A DNA stretch of 64,000 nucleotides from a bacterium (GCA_965233585.1 CBDDTI010000747.1:416001-480000); one strand, 5' to 3'. Numbered from the stretch's first letter, positions 10,420 through 22,199 are shown. Program-made: numbers and translations. Notes: generated by a model not told the origin, from the sequence alone.

Positions 10420-11413
10420 GACTTCTGAGGTCTCGGCAAGCTTGGACAACACGTTCTTTCATACTTGCCTCTGCTTTTTTGAGATAAGATCGCGGGTCAT
10501 AAGTCTTTTTATTGCCAACCTCATGATCCACTTTCAACACTCCGTCATAGTTTTTCATCACGTGATCTACAATCGGTCTTGTATAAGCATATTGCGTGTC
10601 TGTGTCTATGTTCATCTTGATGACACCGTAATCTAAGGTTGCATGAATATCAGAAAGATCCGACCCTGAACCCCCATGAAACACAAGGTACATGGTGTCA
10701 TTATACTTACTAAAAACCGCATCTTGACCATCTTTCAACACTTGGGGTCTTAACTTCACATTCCCGGGCTTATACACCCCATGCACATTGCCAAAAGTTG
10801 CTGCCAACATGAACTTTCCACGTTTGTTCAGCGACTCATAAACTGCCAACATCTCCTCTGTTGTTGTATAAAGTTGCTCATTGGCTACTCCAGAGTTATC
10901 GTGTCCGTCTTCTTCCCCGCCAACGACACCTGCTTCTACTTCAAGAATGATTTCACTTTTTGCACAACGTTCCAAAAGTTTTTCTGCAATTTCAAGGTTT
11001 TCTTTTAATGGCACAGTTGAGCCATCAAACATGTGTGAATTAAACAGATTTGGCAGTCCTTTCGCACGCCTTCTTTCTGTCTCTTCTACAAGTGGTTCAA
11101 GATATGTTGCAAGTTTCTCCTTCACACAATGGTCTGTATGCAACGCAATGTTAACATCAAAATCTTGTGCAATGAACCTTGTATATTCTGCAAGAGCGAT
11201 TGCACCTTTGACCATACTTTTGACTGAACCTGAAGCGAACTCTGCTCCACCCGTAGAAACCTGAATGATTCCATCGCTTTGACTTTCTGCTAACCCAGCC
11301 AAAACAGCATTGACTGTGGACATTGATGTGATATTAAATGCAGGGTATGCAAAATGGTTGTCTCTTGCATGTTCTAGCATCTGGCAATATTTGTCATAAT
11401 CAACAACTGGCAT
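10400..11413 (-). CDS. fbaA: Class II fructose-bisphosphate aldolase
   Basis: LHTDHC, SHMFDGS, GGEEDG, FGNVHGVY, FHGGSG, KMNIDTD. Confidence 0.95.
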   Translation of the reverse strand: MPVVDYDKYCQMLEHARDNHFAYPAFNITSMSTVNAVLAGLAESQSDGIIQVSTGGAEFASGSVKSMVKGAIALAEYTRFIAQDFDVNIALHTDHCVKEKLATYLEPLVEETERRRAKGLPNLFNSHMFDGSTVPLKENLEIAEKLLERCAKSEIILEVEAGVVGGEEDGHDNSGVANEQLYTTTEEMLAVYESLNKRGKFMLAATFGNVHGVYKPGNVKLRPQVLKDGQDAVFSKYNDTMYLVFHGGSGSDLSDIHATLDYGVIKMNIDTDTQYAYTRPIVDHVMKNYDGVLKVDHEVGNKKTYDPRSYLKKAEASMKERVVQACRDLRSHGQTLQ

Positions 11414-11609
11414 AATTTTCTCCTCTTATCTGACAATGATTAAAAGCCTAACAATCTAACATAAACCTTTGATAATCTCCAAATCCAAATTGCACATGGA
11501 CAGGTTTTGATTGACACCATCGTCAGTCAGTGTATGATTTTTTCTTCAAAAATAGGGACAAGTTGCCCAAAAATGAATCCTTGAAAAATCTCAAAACCCA
11601 AGTGAAAAG

Positions 11610-12347
11610 ATGCAAAAAATTGGTGTGATGACAGCCATGCCAGAGGAGATGAAGCATTTTTGCAGTCAACATCAGTTTGAGCAAAAGATTGGTCAAGTGG
11701 AATTTTGGAGGGGAAAAATCTCAAAAAAAGAGGTGGTATTTGCAAGCTGTGGACTTGGCAAAGTGAATGCGGCTCAAGTGGCATGCCTGTTGATTCATCA
11801 TTTTCAATGTCAAAGCCTTCTTTTTTCTGGAATAGCTGGCGGACTAGACCCGAGTCTTGAGAAAGGAGATGTTGTGATTGCAAAGTCTGTCATTTGCCAC
11901 GATTACGGACGCATTGAAAATTCAGAGTTAGTTGCTTACCAACCCGGTAGAATGCCCTTACACGGACAAAATCAAAATCATGGGTACTTCTTAAGTGAAT
12001 CTTTACAAGCAAAACTTGAATCCTCTTTTAAAGCCCCTGCCTTACAAAAAATTTCAGAAAAAATGCCACAAGTGGTTTTTGGGAAGATTTTGACAGGGGA
12101 TACTTTTTTAAACTGCAAAGCCACGCGAAAAAAACTTTTTGACAGGTACCATGCACAAGCGATTGAGATGGAAGGTGCTGCCATTGCTCAAGTCTGTCAA
12201 AATTTTAACGTCCCTTGGACTATTGTGAGGTCTCTTTCAGATTTGTCAGGAGAAGAAAGCGTGAGTCATTTTGCAAAGTTTTTGAAGACTGCAGCATACA
12301 ATGCCGCTTTGGTTTCACGTCAGCTGATAAAACAATCCTTGTCATAA
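11610..12347 (+). CDS. mtnN: 5'-methylthioadenosine/S-adenosylhomocysteine nucleosidase
   Basis: AMPEE, GLGKVNAA, SGIAGG, TGDTF, EMEGAA, RSLSD. Confidence 0.92.
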   Translation: MQKIGVMTAMPEEMKHFCSQHQFEQKIGQVEFWRGKISKKEVVFASCGLGKVNAAQVACLLIHHFQCQSLLFSGIAGGLDPSLEKGDVVIAKSVICHDYGRIENSELVAYQPGRMPLHGQNQNHGYFLSESLQAKLESSFKAPALQKISEKMPQVVFGKILTGDTFLNCKATRKKLFDRYHAQAIEMEGAAIAQVCQNFNVPWTIVRSLSDLSGEESVSHFAKFLKTAAYNAALVSRQLIKQSLS

Positions 12348-12414
12348 AGATAGGAAACCATTTAGAATATTTCTTTTTATAATTTTGCCCTAACCTGTTT
12401 AATTTGGATTTACC

Positions 12415-13740
12415 ATGAAAAAATTATCTCATCGTCTTTGGACGCTTGGCTTTGCGTCGCTCATCATTACCTCATGTAACCTGAACGAAGGTGGCTCTTC
12501 AGGAGATGAGGAACAAGAAACAGACCCCACCGCACCAGAAAACCCAGTCAATGACGTTGTCTTCACAGACACGGCAGAAGACAAAGCCCAACGAAAAGCA
12601 TTAAAAGACCTTTGGATTAAAATCATGGCAGACTATAATCCCACTTATCCATTCACTGAAAGAGCTGAACAAGATACGGGTGCTATTTTTGCCACCAAGC
12701 CTTCATTTAAATCACCTTATCAAGTTGCCGTGCATTCTGACCGCTTCAAAAATCATGCTTTGAATTGGTACAACTTCTATCGCACAGTTGGCAGATTGAC
12801 TAACGTAACCATTGATACCACTGCTCAAAAACAAGCAGAAGCCTGTGCCACTGGTTTAACAGCAATAAGAGCCTTTAAGCATGGCTTAAATGCAGCCGAA
12901 AAAGCGAAAATCACTGCCAGATTTTCTCAACAAGTGGCTGATGGTGCCAGTTCAGGGTCTGCCACCTCTAACCTTTGGCGACACGCCTCTGGGTCAAATT
13001 TTAAATTTCATGGCACCGTTGAGATGAATTTTACTGAAGGCAAGATGTTGGATGCAGGTGGGAAAGTCAGCATAAGTCCTAGCTCTATGGGGCATCGTTG
13101 GTGGGGTTTAAAGGCAGGCACTAAAACGTTTGGTGTTGGTTTTGTGGCGACTAATCAATCAGGTGATGCGGAGAATGGAAAATGGACACTTGCCTGCTAT
13201 AAGGTGACGGGTGGCGGTGTAAGTTCAGCAACCCTGCCAGCACGCGATTATTCTGCTTTTCCTAACGGCTACTTTCCTATTCAAGCGGATATGGAGAAAG
13301 TAGCCTCGGTAGGGAATAAAAACTTCTTAAAGCGGACTCGACAGCCCATCTCCCTCCATTCTTGGAAACGTAACTACTACACAGTCTGGACTTTGCAGAA
13401 CTTCAAAGGTTACACCATCACCAGAGGGAAAGAAGTGAAAGTGACCATTCGCAAAAATGCCAAAAATGGCAAGGTGCTAGATAGCATTACCACCACCTGG
13501 GCTGGTACCCCAACCTCTAGGGATGATGGGGCATTTTTGCGGGCACACAACAAAGGAGCCAGTGGTGCAGGTAATCATATGATTATTAAGCCAAAGCACG
13601 GTATCATTTCTGGTGCTTTTAAAGCGGTACAAGGCAACGGAGAAAAACGAGCCTTTCACATCACCATTGAAGGGGAAGCAATCAGTCCAAAAATTGAATA
13701 CCACATCGTTTATTACGATTTAGAACACTACCAAGAGTAG
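12415..13740 (+). CDS. Lipoprotein with probable CAP/SCP-like domain
   Basis: Lipobox-like IITSC, acidic linker, LNWYNFYR...SNL...GHRWW. Confidence 0.55.
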   Translation: MKKLSHRLWTLGFASLIITSCNLNEGGSSGDEEQETDPTAPENPVNDVVFTDTAEDKAQRKALKDLWIKIMADYNPTYPFTERAEQDTGAIFATKPSFKSPYQVAVHSDRFKNHALNWYNFYRTVGRLTNVTIDTTAQKQAEACATGLTAIRAFKHGLNAAEKAKITARFSQQVADGASSGSATSNLWRHASGSNFKFHGTVEMNFTEGKMLDAGGKVSISPSSMGHRWWGLKAGTKTFGVGFVATNQSGDAENGKWTLACYKVTGGGVSSATLPARDYSAFPNGYFPIQADMEKVASVGNKNFLKRTRQPISLHSWKRNYYTVWTLQNFKGYTITRGKEVKVTIRKNAKNGKVLDSITTTWAGTPTSRDDGAFLRAHNKGASGAGNHMIIKPKHGIISGAFKAVQGNGEKRAFHITIEGEAISPKIEYHIVYYDLEHYQE

Positions 13741-13836
13741 AGTCCATCGCTAGCCAGACCCAAAGCCAAATCAAATTCATTCCAGACTGGGTTTGAAACC
13801 TTCAGCAATATTTTTTAAAAAATAAATGAGGCAAAA

Positions 13837-15375
13837 ATGATTCATTCAAAGGACTCTTCTGATTTTTTAGAAGTTTTACAAATACAAGACCAAAACTACG
13901 GTGTGGCAATAGGTGGCAAAGAGTGGCTCAAAAATACAAACGTCAATAATTTGTCATCTTTCAATCCGACTGACAACACTGTGATTGCCAAAGTGTATGA
14001 GGGCAACCGAGCTGATTATCATACTGTCATTGAACATGCTCATCAGGCGTTTGGCACTTGGAGAATGCTTCCTGCCCCAAAAAGAGGCGAAGTCGTGCGT
14101 GCCATTGGTGAAAAGCTGAGGCAGTATAAAAAAGAGTTAGGTGCATTGGTCAGTTTGGAAATGGGTAAGATTCTGCAAGAAGGTGAGGGAGAAGTCCAAG
14201 AGATGATAGACATTGCAGATTTTGCAGTGGGATTGTCAAGGCAACTTTACGGCAAGACAATGCACTCTGAAAGAGAACAGCACCGAATGTATGAGCAATA
14301 TCACCCTTTGGGAATTGTGGGTGTGATTTCTGCCTTTAACTTTCCCGTGGCAGTCTGGTCTTGGAATGCTTTGATTGCCGCAGTTTGTGGAAATGTAGTG
14401 GTCTGGAAGCCCTCCCTTAAAACTCCTTTGTGTGCTGTGGCTGTTCAACATATTTGCGACGAAGTGTTGAAAGATTTTGGACTTACTGGCATTTTTAATC
14501 TGGTCATTGGTTCAGACCAAGACGTTGGAGAGGCACTGACAGAAGACCACCGTGTGCCATTAATTTCTGCAACAGGTTCTACTAGAATGGGACAGCATGT
14601 TGCAACCAAAGTGGCAGCAAGATTGGGCAAGACTATTTTGGAGCTAGGTGGCAACAATGGCATCATCTTAGACAAAGATGCTGACTTCAGCCTTGCCATT
14701 CCAGCCATTGTCTTTGGAGCGGTTGGCACTGCTGGGCAACGATGCACCACCACCAGAAGACTCTTTGTGCATCATAGTCAGTATGAAGAAGTTTTGATGC
14801 AGCTAAAGAATGCCTATGCACAAATCGCAATAGGCAATCCTCTGGAGGGGGCTTTGTTGGGACCTTTGATTGATCAGGCAGCAGTGAACGATTATGAAAA
14901 CGCTATCGCATTAGCCAAGTCACAAGGTGGAGAAGTCGTTTACGGAGGTTCAGCCTTGCACCATCAGGCAGGGAATTTTGTTGAGCCAACTCTCATCAAA
15001 GCAAAATCTTCTTTTGATATTGTCAAAACTGAAACGTTTGCACCCATTTTATACGTGATGAGCTACGAGCATTTGGACGAAGCAATCCAAATGCACAATG
15101 ACGTCCCGCAAGGACTTTCTTCAGCAATCTTTACTAACAATCTCATCAGTGCAGAAACCTTTTTGTCTCATCAAGGCAGTGATTGTGGCATTGCAAACGT
15201 CAACATTGGCACATCAGGGGCAGAAATCGGGGGGGCTTTTGGTGGAGAAAAAGAGACAGGAGGAGGCAGAGAGGCAGGTTCTGATGCGTGGAAGGCTTAC
15301 ATGAGACGCCAAACAAACACCATCAACTGGGGTGCAAAACTTCCTTTAGCTCAAGGAATTAAATTTGAAATCTAA
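13837..15375 (+). CDS. ALDH7-family aldehyde dehydrogenase (piperideine-6-carboxylate/aminoadipate-semialdehyde dehydrogenase-like)
   Basis: [41 protein letters not shown]. Confidence 0.92.
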   Translation: MIHSKDSSDFLEVLQIQDQNYGVAIGGKEWLKNTNVNNLSSFNPTDNTVIAKVYEGNRADYHTVIEHAHQAFGTWRMLPAPKRGEVVRAIGEKLRQYKKELGALVSLEMGKILQEGEGEVQEMIDIADFAVGLSRQLYGKTMHSEREQHRMYEQYHPLGIVGVISAFNFPVAVWSWNALIAAVCGNVVVWKPSLKTPLCAVAVQHICDEVLKDFGLTGIFNLVIGSDQDVGEALTEDHRVPLISATGSTRMGQHVATKVAARLGKTILELGGNNGIILDKDADFSLAIPAIVFGAVGTAGQRCTTTRRLFVHHSQYEEVLMQLKNAYAQIAIGNPLEGALLGPLIDQAAVNDYENAIALAKSQGGEVVYGGSALHHQAGNFVEPTLIKAKSSFDIVKTETFAPILYVMSYEHLDEAIQMHNDVPQGLSSAIFTNNLISAETFLSHQGSDCGIANVNIGTSGAEIGGAFGGEKETGGGREAGSDAWKAYMRRQTNTINWGAKLPLAQGIKFEI

Positions 15376-15398
15376 TTTCTTTGAGTAGGCAACCCAAG

Positions 15399-16361
15399 AT
15401 GCTGACAACCAAGCTGACAACTGCTTTCGGTCTCAAATATCCTGTCATTTCAGCACCAATGGCAGTTGCCTCAACTGCCAATTTGGCTTGTGCTGTATCA
15501 GATGCAGGGGGATTAGGTTGCATTGGTGGTGGCTTTGGTGATTTGGATTGGATACGAAGCCAATTTTCTCAATGCAATGTCAGTCATTTGGGCTGTGGTT
15601 TGATCACTTGGGCATTAGATGAAAAACCAGAAGTTTTAGATGTGGTGTTAGATGCCAACCCCAAAGCTGTCTTCTTGTCGTTTGGCAATCCTGACAAATA
15701 TACGCAAAAAGTCAAAGACCGAGGCATCACTCTCATTTGTCAAATCCAAACTCTCAAAGATGCCAAACATGCCCTAGATTGTGGTGCTGATGTTCTTGTG
15801 GCACAAGGAGCTGAAGCTGGGGGGCATGGGCAAGAACGTTCTACTTTCACTCTAGTCCCAGAAGTTGCTGACCTCATCATTAGAAGTGGTTCTAACTCAT
15901 TACTTTGTGCCGCAGGTGGTATTGCTGACGGTAGAGGTTTAGCCGCCACTTTGATGTTGGGTGCTGATGGCGTCGTCGTGGGGTCAAGATTTTGGGCATG
16001 TCAAGAAGCCGCAGTACATCAAAACATGCTGCATGCCGCAACCCAAGCCACAGGTGATGACACCATCAGAAGTTGTGTCATGGACATTGCCAGACAACTT
16101 GGCTGGCCCAGACGTTACACCGCAAGAGTTCTAAAAAATCAGTTCATCAAACGTTGGCACGGCAAAGAGGAGAGTTTAGCCCAAGTTTGGCAAGAAGAGT
16201 CCCCCAAATGGAAAGAGGCTTGGCAAGCTGGTGATGTAGAAAAAAGCAATACTTTTGTTGGCGAATCTGTGGGATTAATCAACAGCATTGAAACCGCTGA
16301 ATCTGTCATGCAAAACATGGTTACACAGGCAAGATCGTTACTCCAAAAAACGTGGGCATAA
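15399..16361 (+). CDS. Nitronate monooxygenase family flavoprotein
   Basis: SAPMA, QGAEAGGHG, AAGGIADGRG, GSRF. Confidence 0.88.
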   Translation: MLTTKLTTAFGLKYPVISAPMAVASTANLACAVSDAGGLGCIGGGFGDLDWIRSQFSQCNVSHLGCGLITWALDEKPEVLDVVLDANPKAVFLSFGNPDKYTQKVKDRGITLICQIQTLKDAKHALDCGADVLVAQGAEAGGHGQERSTFTLVPEVADLIIRSGSNSLLCAAGGIADGRGLAATLMLGADGVVVGSRFWACQEAAVHQNMLHAATQATGDDTIRSCVMDIARQLGWPRRYTARVLKNQFIKRWHGKEESLAQVWQEESPKWKEAWQAGDVEKSNTFVGESVGLINSIETAESVMQNMVTQARSLLQKTWA

Positions 16362-16678
16362 TCCACCAACGACTAAAACATCTTCCTCCTTCCTCAAACT
16401 TCTAAACACTCATCACTCAAACTACCCCAAGCCATTTATTTTGAGCAAATTCAATCCGCTTACGACCAAATGCCTCAAAAAATGGCATGAATCACACAAT
16501 GACATGTTGGCAATGAACTTAAAAGTCTTGTCCATTCTGATTCATTGATGATGAAAAGCCAATCACGAAAAAAAACAATTTTAAAAGTTGCATTTGTTTT
16601 CCAAGGTCTGCTAGAATCCTTAACTCTCTTTTATTTCTTTTTTTTCATTCTGATTTAACCATGATTTAGGAGTTTCTT

Positions 16679-17916
16679 ATGCTAGAACAAATCAAATCCA
16701 TTCAAAACTTGCTGTCAGGGGGGGGGCTTTTTATGACAAGATAATCGTTTTCTTGACACTTCTGGTCTTAGCAGGTTGCACACCTCCTGCTGAAGAAAAT
16801 AAGGAGGGAGAGACGAAGAAGGGTGAAGCTACGTGCGAGGTCAACTCAAACAGTTCTGTCTCAACAGGTCAAGAATTGGTTGCCAATTTCACTTGCACTA
16901 CCACATCAATTTATCAAGGCAAAAAATTAAACATCACTTACGATGAAAGTTTGACTTCCTTGAAGCTGGTCGTCTCAGGTGAAGAAACAACGGGGCAAAG
17001 TGGAAAACTCACCTACACCTTACCTAAACAAGAAGAATTTCAAGCCAAACTGAAGTTAACAGGAGTCACAACAGGCAAGGGACAACTCAAGTTTAAGATT
17101 TTGAGCAAAAAATCAAACTGGGATTTTACAGTGGTACAAGGGGGACCAAAAGCATTGACGTTGGGTGCAGCGGTTGCGTCAACTGCTTTTACCAAGATGC
17201 AAGACACATCAGGCAAAGCCTATGGACGTTCAGTGATGAGGTTAGACACTTCTCAAACTTTAGTTTCCAATGACGAGGAACATTGCGAAGATGCTCCTTT
17301 GAATGCCTTGCTTGTCTCATCAGATAGCTTTGTCAATTGTGAGAAAGTGCATGTTCAGAAAGGCAACAACACCAATCATGTCATCATTCCCAAACAAACT
17401 TGGGACTTGAACAAAACCTACAAAGTAGCAGTCAAGACAGCTGGCGGTGCTTCTGCATTCAATCGCTCTGGCAATCCTGTCTCCTTCACCACTAATAATG
17501 CCAACCACAACACAGCGGCTCACATCACAGGCTTTGATGTTGGGTCAAGACCTAAGGTGCTAAACAATCAATTCCACTTAGAAAAAGATGGAGAACTCTG
17601 GTATTACATCAGTAAAGGTGAGACAGTACCAAGATATGATGCCAGTGAATGTCGGACAATCAACTACAAGGCAACAGATAACAAACAATTCAAAAACCTT
17701 ACTGGCATCAATCAAGCTGATAGAGTGTTTGCTAGGACTATTTTAGATGGTAACACTAGCCACTATCTTGTTACTGGAACTAGTACTCGCACCAATGTCT
17801 ATCCACTCCGTGCATCAAGAGACGGTAATGCTGGTCAACAGAATCTTAGAGTAGGGGCTAGATTTGCTGATATTTACTATTACTTGTGTTTTGTGAAGAC
17901 TCCAGAACGTTCTTAA
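16679..17916 (+). pseudogene. Variable lipoprotein paralog 1, out of frame at G9 tract 16718-16726 (putative phase OFF)
   Basis: AGGAG RBS and ATG 16679 match paralogs; G7 or G10 would join the leader to LVLAGC lipobox and body. Confidence 0.8.
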
Positions 17917-17939
17917 ACGTTTTCGTTGCTTCTTCCTTT

Positions 17940-18250
17940 TTGTCACTGCGGGCTTGACCCGCAATCTCTTCTTTTCTCAATCTTCCCTTTTTCTTTTCTT
18001 TGTTGTGGGCTTGTTTTTTTGTCATTCCTGCGGAAGCAGGAATCTATCCTTTAACTGCTGATGGATTCCGTGTCAGGCAACGAATGACTGATGAAGTTTG
18101 CAGTCTTGCATTTGGTCATTCCTGCCTCTTTTTTGTCATTCCTGCGAAGGCTCCGAATCCAGTCATGTAGGAATCCATGCTTGGTTTGGTGATAGATTCC
18201 GTGTCAGGCTGACTAATTTGACGTCATTGCTCACCTTGTTCCGCAATCTT
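17940..18250. repeat. Cluster of REP-like palindromes
   Basis: GTCAcTGCGGGCTTGACCCGCAATCTC, GTCATTCCTGCGGAAGCAGGAATC, GATTCCGTGTCAGGCAACGAATGAC. Confidence 0.85.
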
Positions 18251-18422
18251 AAACTTTCATTTTTTCAAAAGCTGACTTGCTTGTTTCTTTGACTTTTTGC
18301 TCAAACCACTAAAAATAATCAAAATTCATCATTTTAAAAGTTGCATTTGTTTTGAATAGTTTGCTAGAATCGTTATCTTGTTTTTGTTCTTTTTCTTTTC
18401 AACCATTATTTAGGAGATTTTT

Positions 18423-19652
18423 ATGTTAGAACAACTCAAGTCCGTTCAGACCCTTTTTGTCAGGGGGGGGGCTTTTTATGACAAATCAATCATTTTCTTG
18501 ACACTTCTGGTCTTGGCAAGTTGCACACCGCCCAATGAAGAAAATGAGGAGGACGCCACACAGAATCAAGCCACTTGCGAGGTCTCCTCTGGCAATTCTT
18601 TGGAAACAGGTCAAGAATTGGTCGCAAACCTCACATGTAACGTATCAGAGACCCATCAAGGCGAAAAATTAAACATCACTTACGATGCAAGTTTGACGTC
18701 TTTGAAGCTGATTGTTGGAGAAAAAGAAACAGTCGGGCAAAGCGGGAAACTCACCCACACCTTACCTAAACAAGAAAAATTTCAAGCCAAGCTAAAGCTC
18801 ACAGGAGTCACAGCAGGCAAAGGGCAAATCCAATTCAAAATCTTGAGTCAAGAATCAAACTGGGGTTTTACAGTAGTTAGTGGAGTGAAGCCATTTTTAA
18901 GCGGGGTTGTTACAGCGTCAGTTTTTACTAAGATGCAAGACACATCAGGCAAAGCTTATGGACGTTCAGTGATGCGATTAGATACTTCTGAAACCCTCCT
19001 TTCCAATGACGAGACAGTTTGCAAAGATGCCCCTTTGAATGCACTGCTTGTCTCATCAGATGACTTTGTCACTTGTGAGAAAGTGCATGTTCAGAAAGGC
19101 AACAACACCAATCATGTCATCATTCCCAAACAAACTTGGGGCTTAAACGAAACTTACAAAGTTGCAGTGAGAACAGCAAGTGGTGCTTCTGCCTTCAATC
19201 GTTCTGGCAATGCCGTTTCCTTCACTACCAACAATGCCAATCACAACACGGCAGCTCACATTACCAGATTTGATGTGGCTTCGTTCTCTAAAGTAGATGG
19301 AAATAGCTTCCACTTGGAAAAAGATGGAGAACTCTGGTATTTCATCAACAAAGGACTCACTGCGCCAAGGTATGATGCCAGTGAATGTCAGGCAATCAAC
19401 TACAAGGCGACAGATGACAAACAATTTAAACATCTTGCTGGCAGAAGCAGGACTGACAAAGTGTTTGTCAGAACTATTTTAGATCAAAGTATTAATTACA
19501 TTGTTTCTGGTTCTAGTACTGGAGTTAATGCCCATTCACTCCTTGCACGTTTAGACGGTTTCAATGTTGCCCCCAATCATTCTCCAGTGGGACAGTCAAA
19601 AACTGGGGGACTCTATTATCTTTGTTCTGTGAAGATTCCAGAACGTTCCTAA
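18423..19652 (+). CDS. Variable lipoprotein paralog 2, in frame through G9 tract 18463-18471
   Basis: LVLASC lipobox; colinear with paralogs 1, 3, 5. Confidence 0.88.
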   Translation: MLEQLKSVQTLFVRGGAFYDKSIIFLTLLVLASCTPPNEENEEDATQNQATCEVSSGNSLETGQELVANLTCNVSETHQGEKLNITYDASLTSLKLIVGEKETVGQSGKLTHTLPKQEKFQAKLKLTGVTAGKGQIQFKILSQESNWGFTVVSGVKPFLSGVVTASVFTKMQDTSGKAYGRSVMRLDTSETLLSNDETVCKDAPLNALLVSSDDFVTCEKVHVQKGNNTNHVIIPKQTWGLNETYKVAVRTASGASAFNRSGNAVSFTTNNANHNTAAHITRFDVASFSKVDGNSFHLEKDGELWYFINKGLTAPRYDASECQAINYKATDDKQFKHLAGRSRTDKVFVRTILDQSINYIVSGSSTGVNAHSLLARLDGFNVAPNHSPVGQSKTGGLYYLCSVKIPERS

Positions 19653-19698
19653 ACGTTTTCGTTTCTTTTTTTCCTTCCTACCTTCTCATTTGTTTAAG

Positions 19699-19722
19699 TA
19701 AAGGGGGCGTCCGCTCCCTTTT
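19699..19722 (+). terminator. Terminator-like hairpin, repeated after paralog 3 (about 22244-22271) and paralog 5 (about 26074-26101)
   Basis: AAAGGGGGC-gtcc-GCTCCCTTTT. Confidence 0.55.
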
Positions 19723-19739
19723 CGTGACCTGCTGGCTTG

Positions 19740-20075
19740 CCTTTCAGCCATTGCTGACCTTGCCACCCTCAATCTCTCTTTTGTTTTTGAGATTCCGTGT
19801 CAGGCACTCAAGTGACGGGAGGATTTTGCTCACTTTGAAAACTGTCATTGTGGGCTTGACCCGCAATCTCAAGAACGTTCTTAATCGCTTTCGTTGTTTT
19901 TCAGATTCCGTGTCAGGCACGGAATGACTAAGACAAGCACCAAATGACAACTATTGTCATTCCTGCGAAAGCTCCGAATCCAGTCATGTAGGAATCTGTG
20001 CTTGGTTTGGTGATAGATTCCGTGTCAGGTTGACTAATTTGACGTCATTGCTCACCTTGTTCCGCAATCTGACTC
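19740..20075. repeat. Cluster of REP-like palindromes
   Basis: Several GTCATTG..TGACCCGCAATCTC and GATTCCGTGTCAGGCACGGAATGAC units. Confidence 0.85.
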
Positions 20076-20152
20076 TTGTTTAGAGATTGCTTTTAGAAAG
20101 ATTATCGTGCCATAATCTTTTCTTTTCGTTCAGGGTTTTCAGATTTCGGGCA

Positions 20153-20566
20153 ATGCAAGCACCACACGGATTTTACAAAAAGCTAGTTTCCAACGGCTTT
20201 ACAAGAGAACAAGCAGAAGGACTCACAGAAGCACATACCGAATTTTTTGAAGAAGTCTTGGAACGAGAGACCAAACTCATCAAAGTAGATTTTAAAAGTG
20301 AGCTTGCCACCAAGGAAGATGTCCAGAATGTCAAAGATGAACTGAAAGATGTCAGAGATGAACTGAAAGAAGACATTCAAAATGTCAGAGATGAACTGAA
20401 AGAAGACATTCAAAATGTCAGAGATGAGCTGAAAGAAGACATCTATTTTTTAAAAGGAGACCAGAAACTCCTTAAATGGATGGTTGCTTTTGGCATTTCT
20501 TTAAATCTAATCACACTTGGGGTGCTATTAGCCTTTTTGTTCTCTTTTCTCCCTCCTGCCAAATAA
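20153..20566 (+). CDS. DUF1640/CCDC90-like coiled-coil membrane-anchored protein with 33-bp tandem repeats
   Basis: LVSNGFTREQAE, LATKED, repeated DELKEDIQNVR, C-terminal TM helix. Confidence 0.7.
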   Translation: MQAPHGFYKKLVSNGFTREQAEGLTEAHTEFFEEVLERETKLIKVDFKSELATKEDVQNVKDELKDVRDELKEDIQNVRDELKEDIQNVRDELKEDIYFLKGDQKLLKWMVAFGISLNLITLGVLLAFLFSFLPPAK

Positions 20567-20599
20567 AACCCTGTCTTTTTTAGTAACGCTTGTTTTTTT

Positions 20600-20775
20600 G
20601 AAATTCCGTATCAAACACTCAAGTGACTGATGACGTTTGCAGATTTGTTTTTTGTCATTGCGGGACTTGACCCGCAATCTCAATCCTATTTTTGCGATTC
20701 CATGTCAAGCACGGAATGACGTGAGGAATTTGCTCATCTTGAGGACTGTCATTGCGGGCTTGACCCGCAATCTCA
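20600..20775. repeat. Cluster of REP-like palindromes
   Basis: GTCATTGCGGG(A)CTTGACCCGCAATCTC x2, GATTCCATGTCAAGCACGGAATGAC. Confidence 0.85.
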
Positions 20776-20961
20776 AACTTCCATCTTCAAAAAAAACTTA
20801 TTTTCAAAAGCTGACCTGCTTGTTTCTTTGACTTTTCGCTCAAACCATTAAAAATAATTAAAAAAGATGATTTTAAAAGTTGCATTTGTTTTGAATGGTC
20901 TGCTAGAATCGTAACCTTGTTTTTGTTCGTTCTCATTTAACATTTATCAAAGGAGTTTTTT

Positions 20962-22188
20962 ATGTTAGAACAAATCAAATCCATTCAAACCCTTTTTGTC
21001 AGGGGGGGGGCTTTTTATGACAAATCAATCGTTTTCTTGACAATGCTTGTCTTGGCAGGTTGTGTTCCGCCAGGGGAAGAGGAGAAAGAAGATGGACTTG
21101 CCAGCAACATCAAGTGCGAGGTGGACTCTACCGAATCCGTTACAACAGGTGAGGAACTGGTTGCCAACGTCACATGCAACACACCAGAACTTGCTCAAGG
21201 CAGAAAATTACAGGTCATTTACGATGAAAGTTTGACTTCTTTGAAGCTAGTCGTGGCAGAAGAAGAAACAATCGGGGAAGATGGAAAGTTGACTTACACT
21301 TTACCTAATCAAGAACAATTCCAAGCCAAACTGAAGTTAACAGGAGTTGCAGAAGGAGAAGGACAAGTCAAGTTCAAAATCTTGAGTCAAAAATCAAACT
21401 GGGCATTCACAGTGGTCAGAGGAGGACCAAGGGCATTGACTTTAGGTGCAGATGTCGCGGCATCTGTCTTTACCAAGATGCAAGATTCATCAGGCAAAGC
21501 CTATGGACGTTCCGTGATGAGATTAGACACTTCTGAAACCCTTGTTTCCAATGACGAAGTACATTGTGAGAATGCTCCTTTGAATGCACTGCTTGTCTCG
21601 TCAGATGACTTTGCAAATTGTGAGAAGGTCTATGTTCAAAAAGGCGCTAACACCAATTATGTCATCATTCCCAAGCAAACTTGGGCGTTAAACAAAACTT
21701 ACAAAGTGGCAATCAAAACGGCAAACGGAGGCTCTGCTTTCAATCGTTCTGGCAACCCTGTTTCCTTCTCCACGAACGATGCTAATCACAAAACCACTGC
21801 ACACGTCACCAGATTTGATGCTGGGGCAAGACCTAAAGTGCTAGACAATCAATTCCATTTGGAAAAAGATGGAGACCTTTGGTATTACATCAGCAAAGGC
21901 GACACATTGCCCCAATATAATCCCACTGAATGCCAAGAGATCAACTATCAAAATGCAGATGACGTCAAATTTACAAATCTTGCTAGCATTGATGATTCTG
22001 CCAAAGAATTGGCTAGATCTCTTAATCGCAGAACCAGAAGGTATATCGCTGATGCTGCTGGAAATAACCGAGTTAAGGTATTTGTTACCACCCTATCATC
22101 TAAGAAAACTTTTTTCCATACGGTAGGCAAACATCCTTTTCATATATTTATTTATTTTTGTTCTGTTCAGATTCCAGAACGTACCTAA
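20962..22188 (+). CDS. Variable lipoprotein paralog 3, in frame through G9 tract 21002-21010
   Basis: LVLAGC lipobox; colinear with the other paralogs. Confidence 0.88.
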   Translation: MLEQIKSIQTLFVRGGAFYDKSIVFLTMLVLAGCVPPGEEEKEDGLASNIKCEVDSTESVTTGEELVANVTCNTPELAQGRKLQVIYDESLTSLKLVVAEEETIGEDGKLTYTLPNQEQFQAKLKLTGVAEGEGQVKFKILSQKSNWAFTVVRGGPRALTLGADVAASVFTKMQDSSGKAYGRSVMRLDTSETLVSNDEVHCENAPLNALLVSSDDFANCEKVYVQKGANTNYVIIPKQTWALNKTYKVAIKTANGGSAFNRSGNPVSFSTNDANHKTTAHVTRFDAGARPKVLDNQFHLEKDGDLWYYISKGDTLPQYNPTECQEINYQNADDVKFTNLASIDDSAKELARSLNRRTRRYIADAAGNNRVKVFVTTLSSKKTFFHTVGKHPFHIFIYFCSVQIPERT

Positions 22189-22199
22189 ACGTTTTCTTC

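Noticed and set aside
15229..15235. G7 tract in the aldehyde dehydrogenase
   Set aside because: In frame and encodes the conserved EIGGAFGG motif; no sign of switching
76..16548. Antisense and overlapping ORFs within housekeeping genes (e.g. 884, 3473, 5245, 10881)
   Set aside because: Shadow frames of well-supported genes
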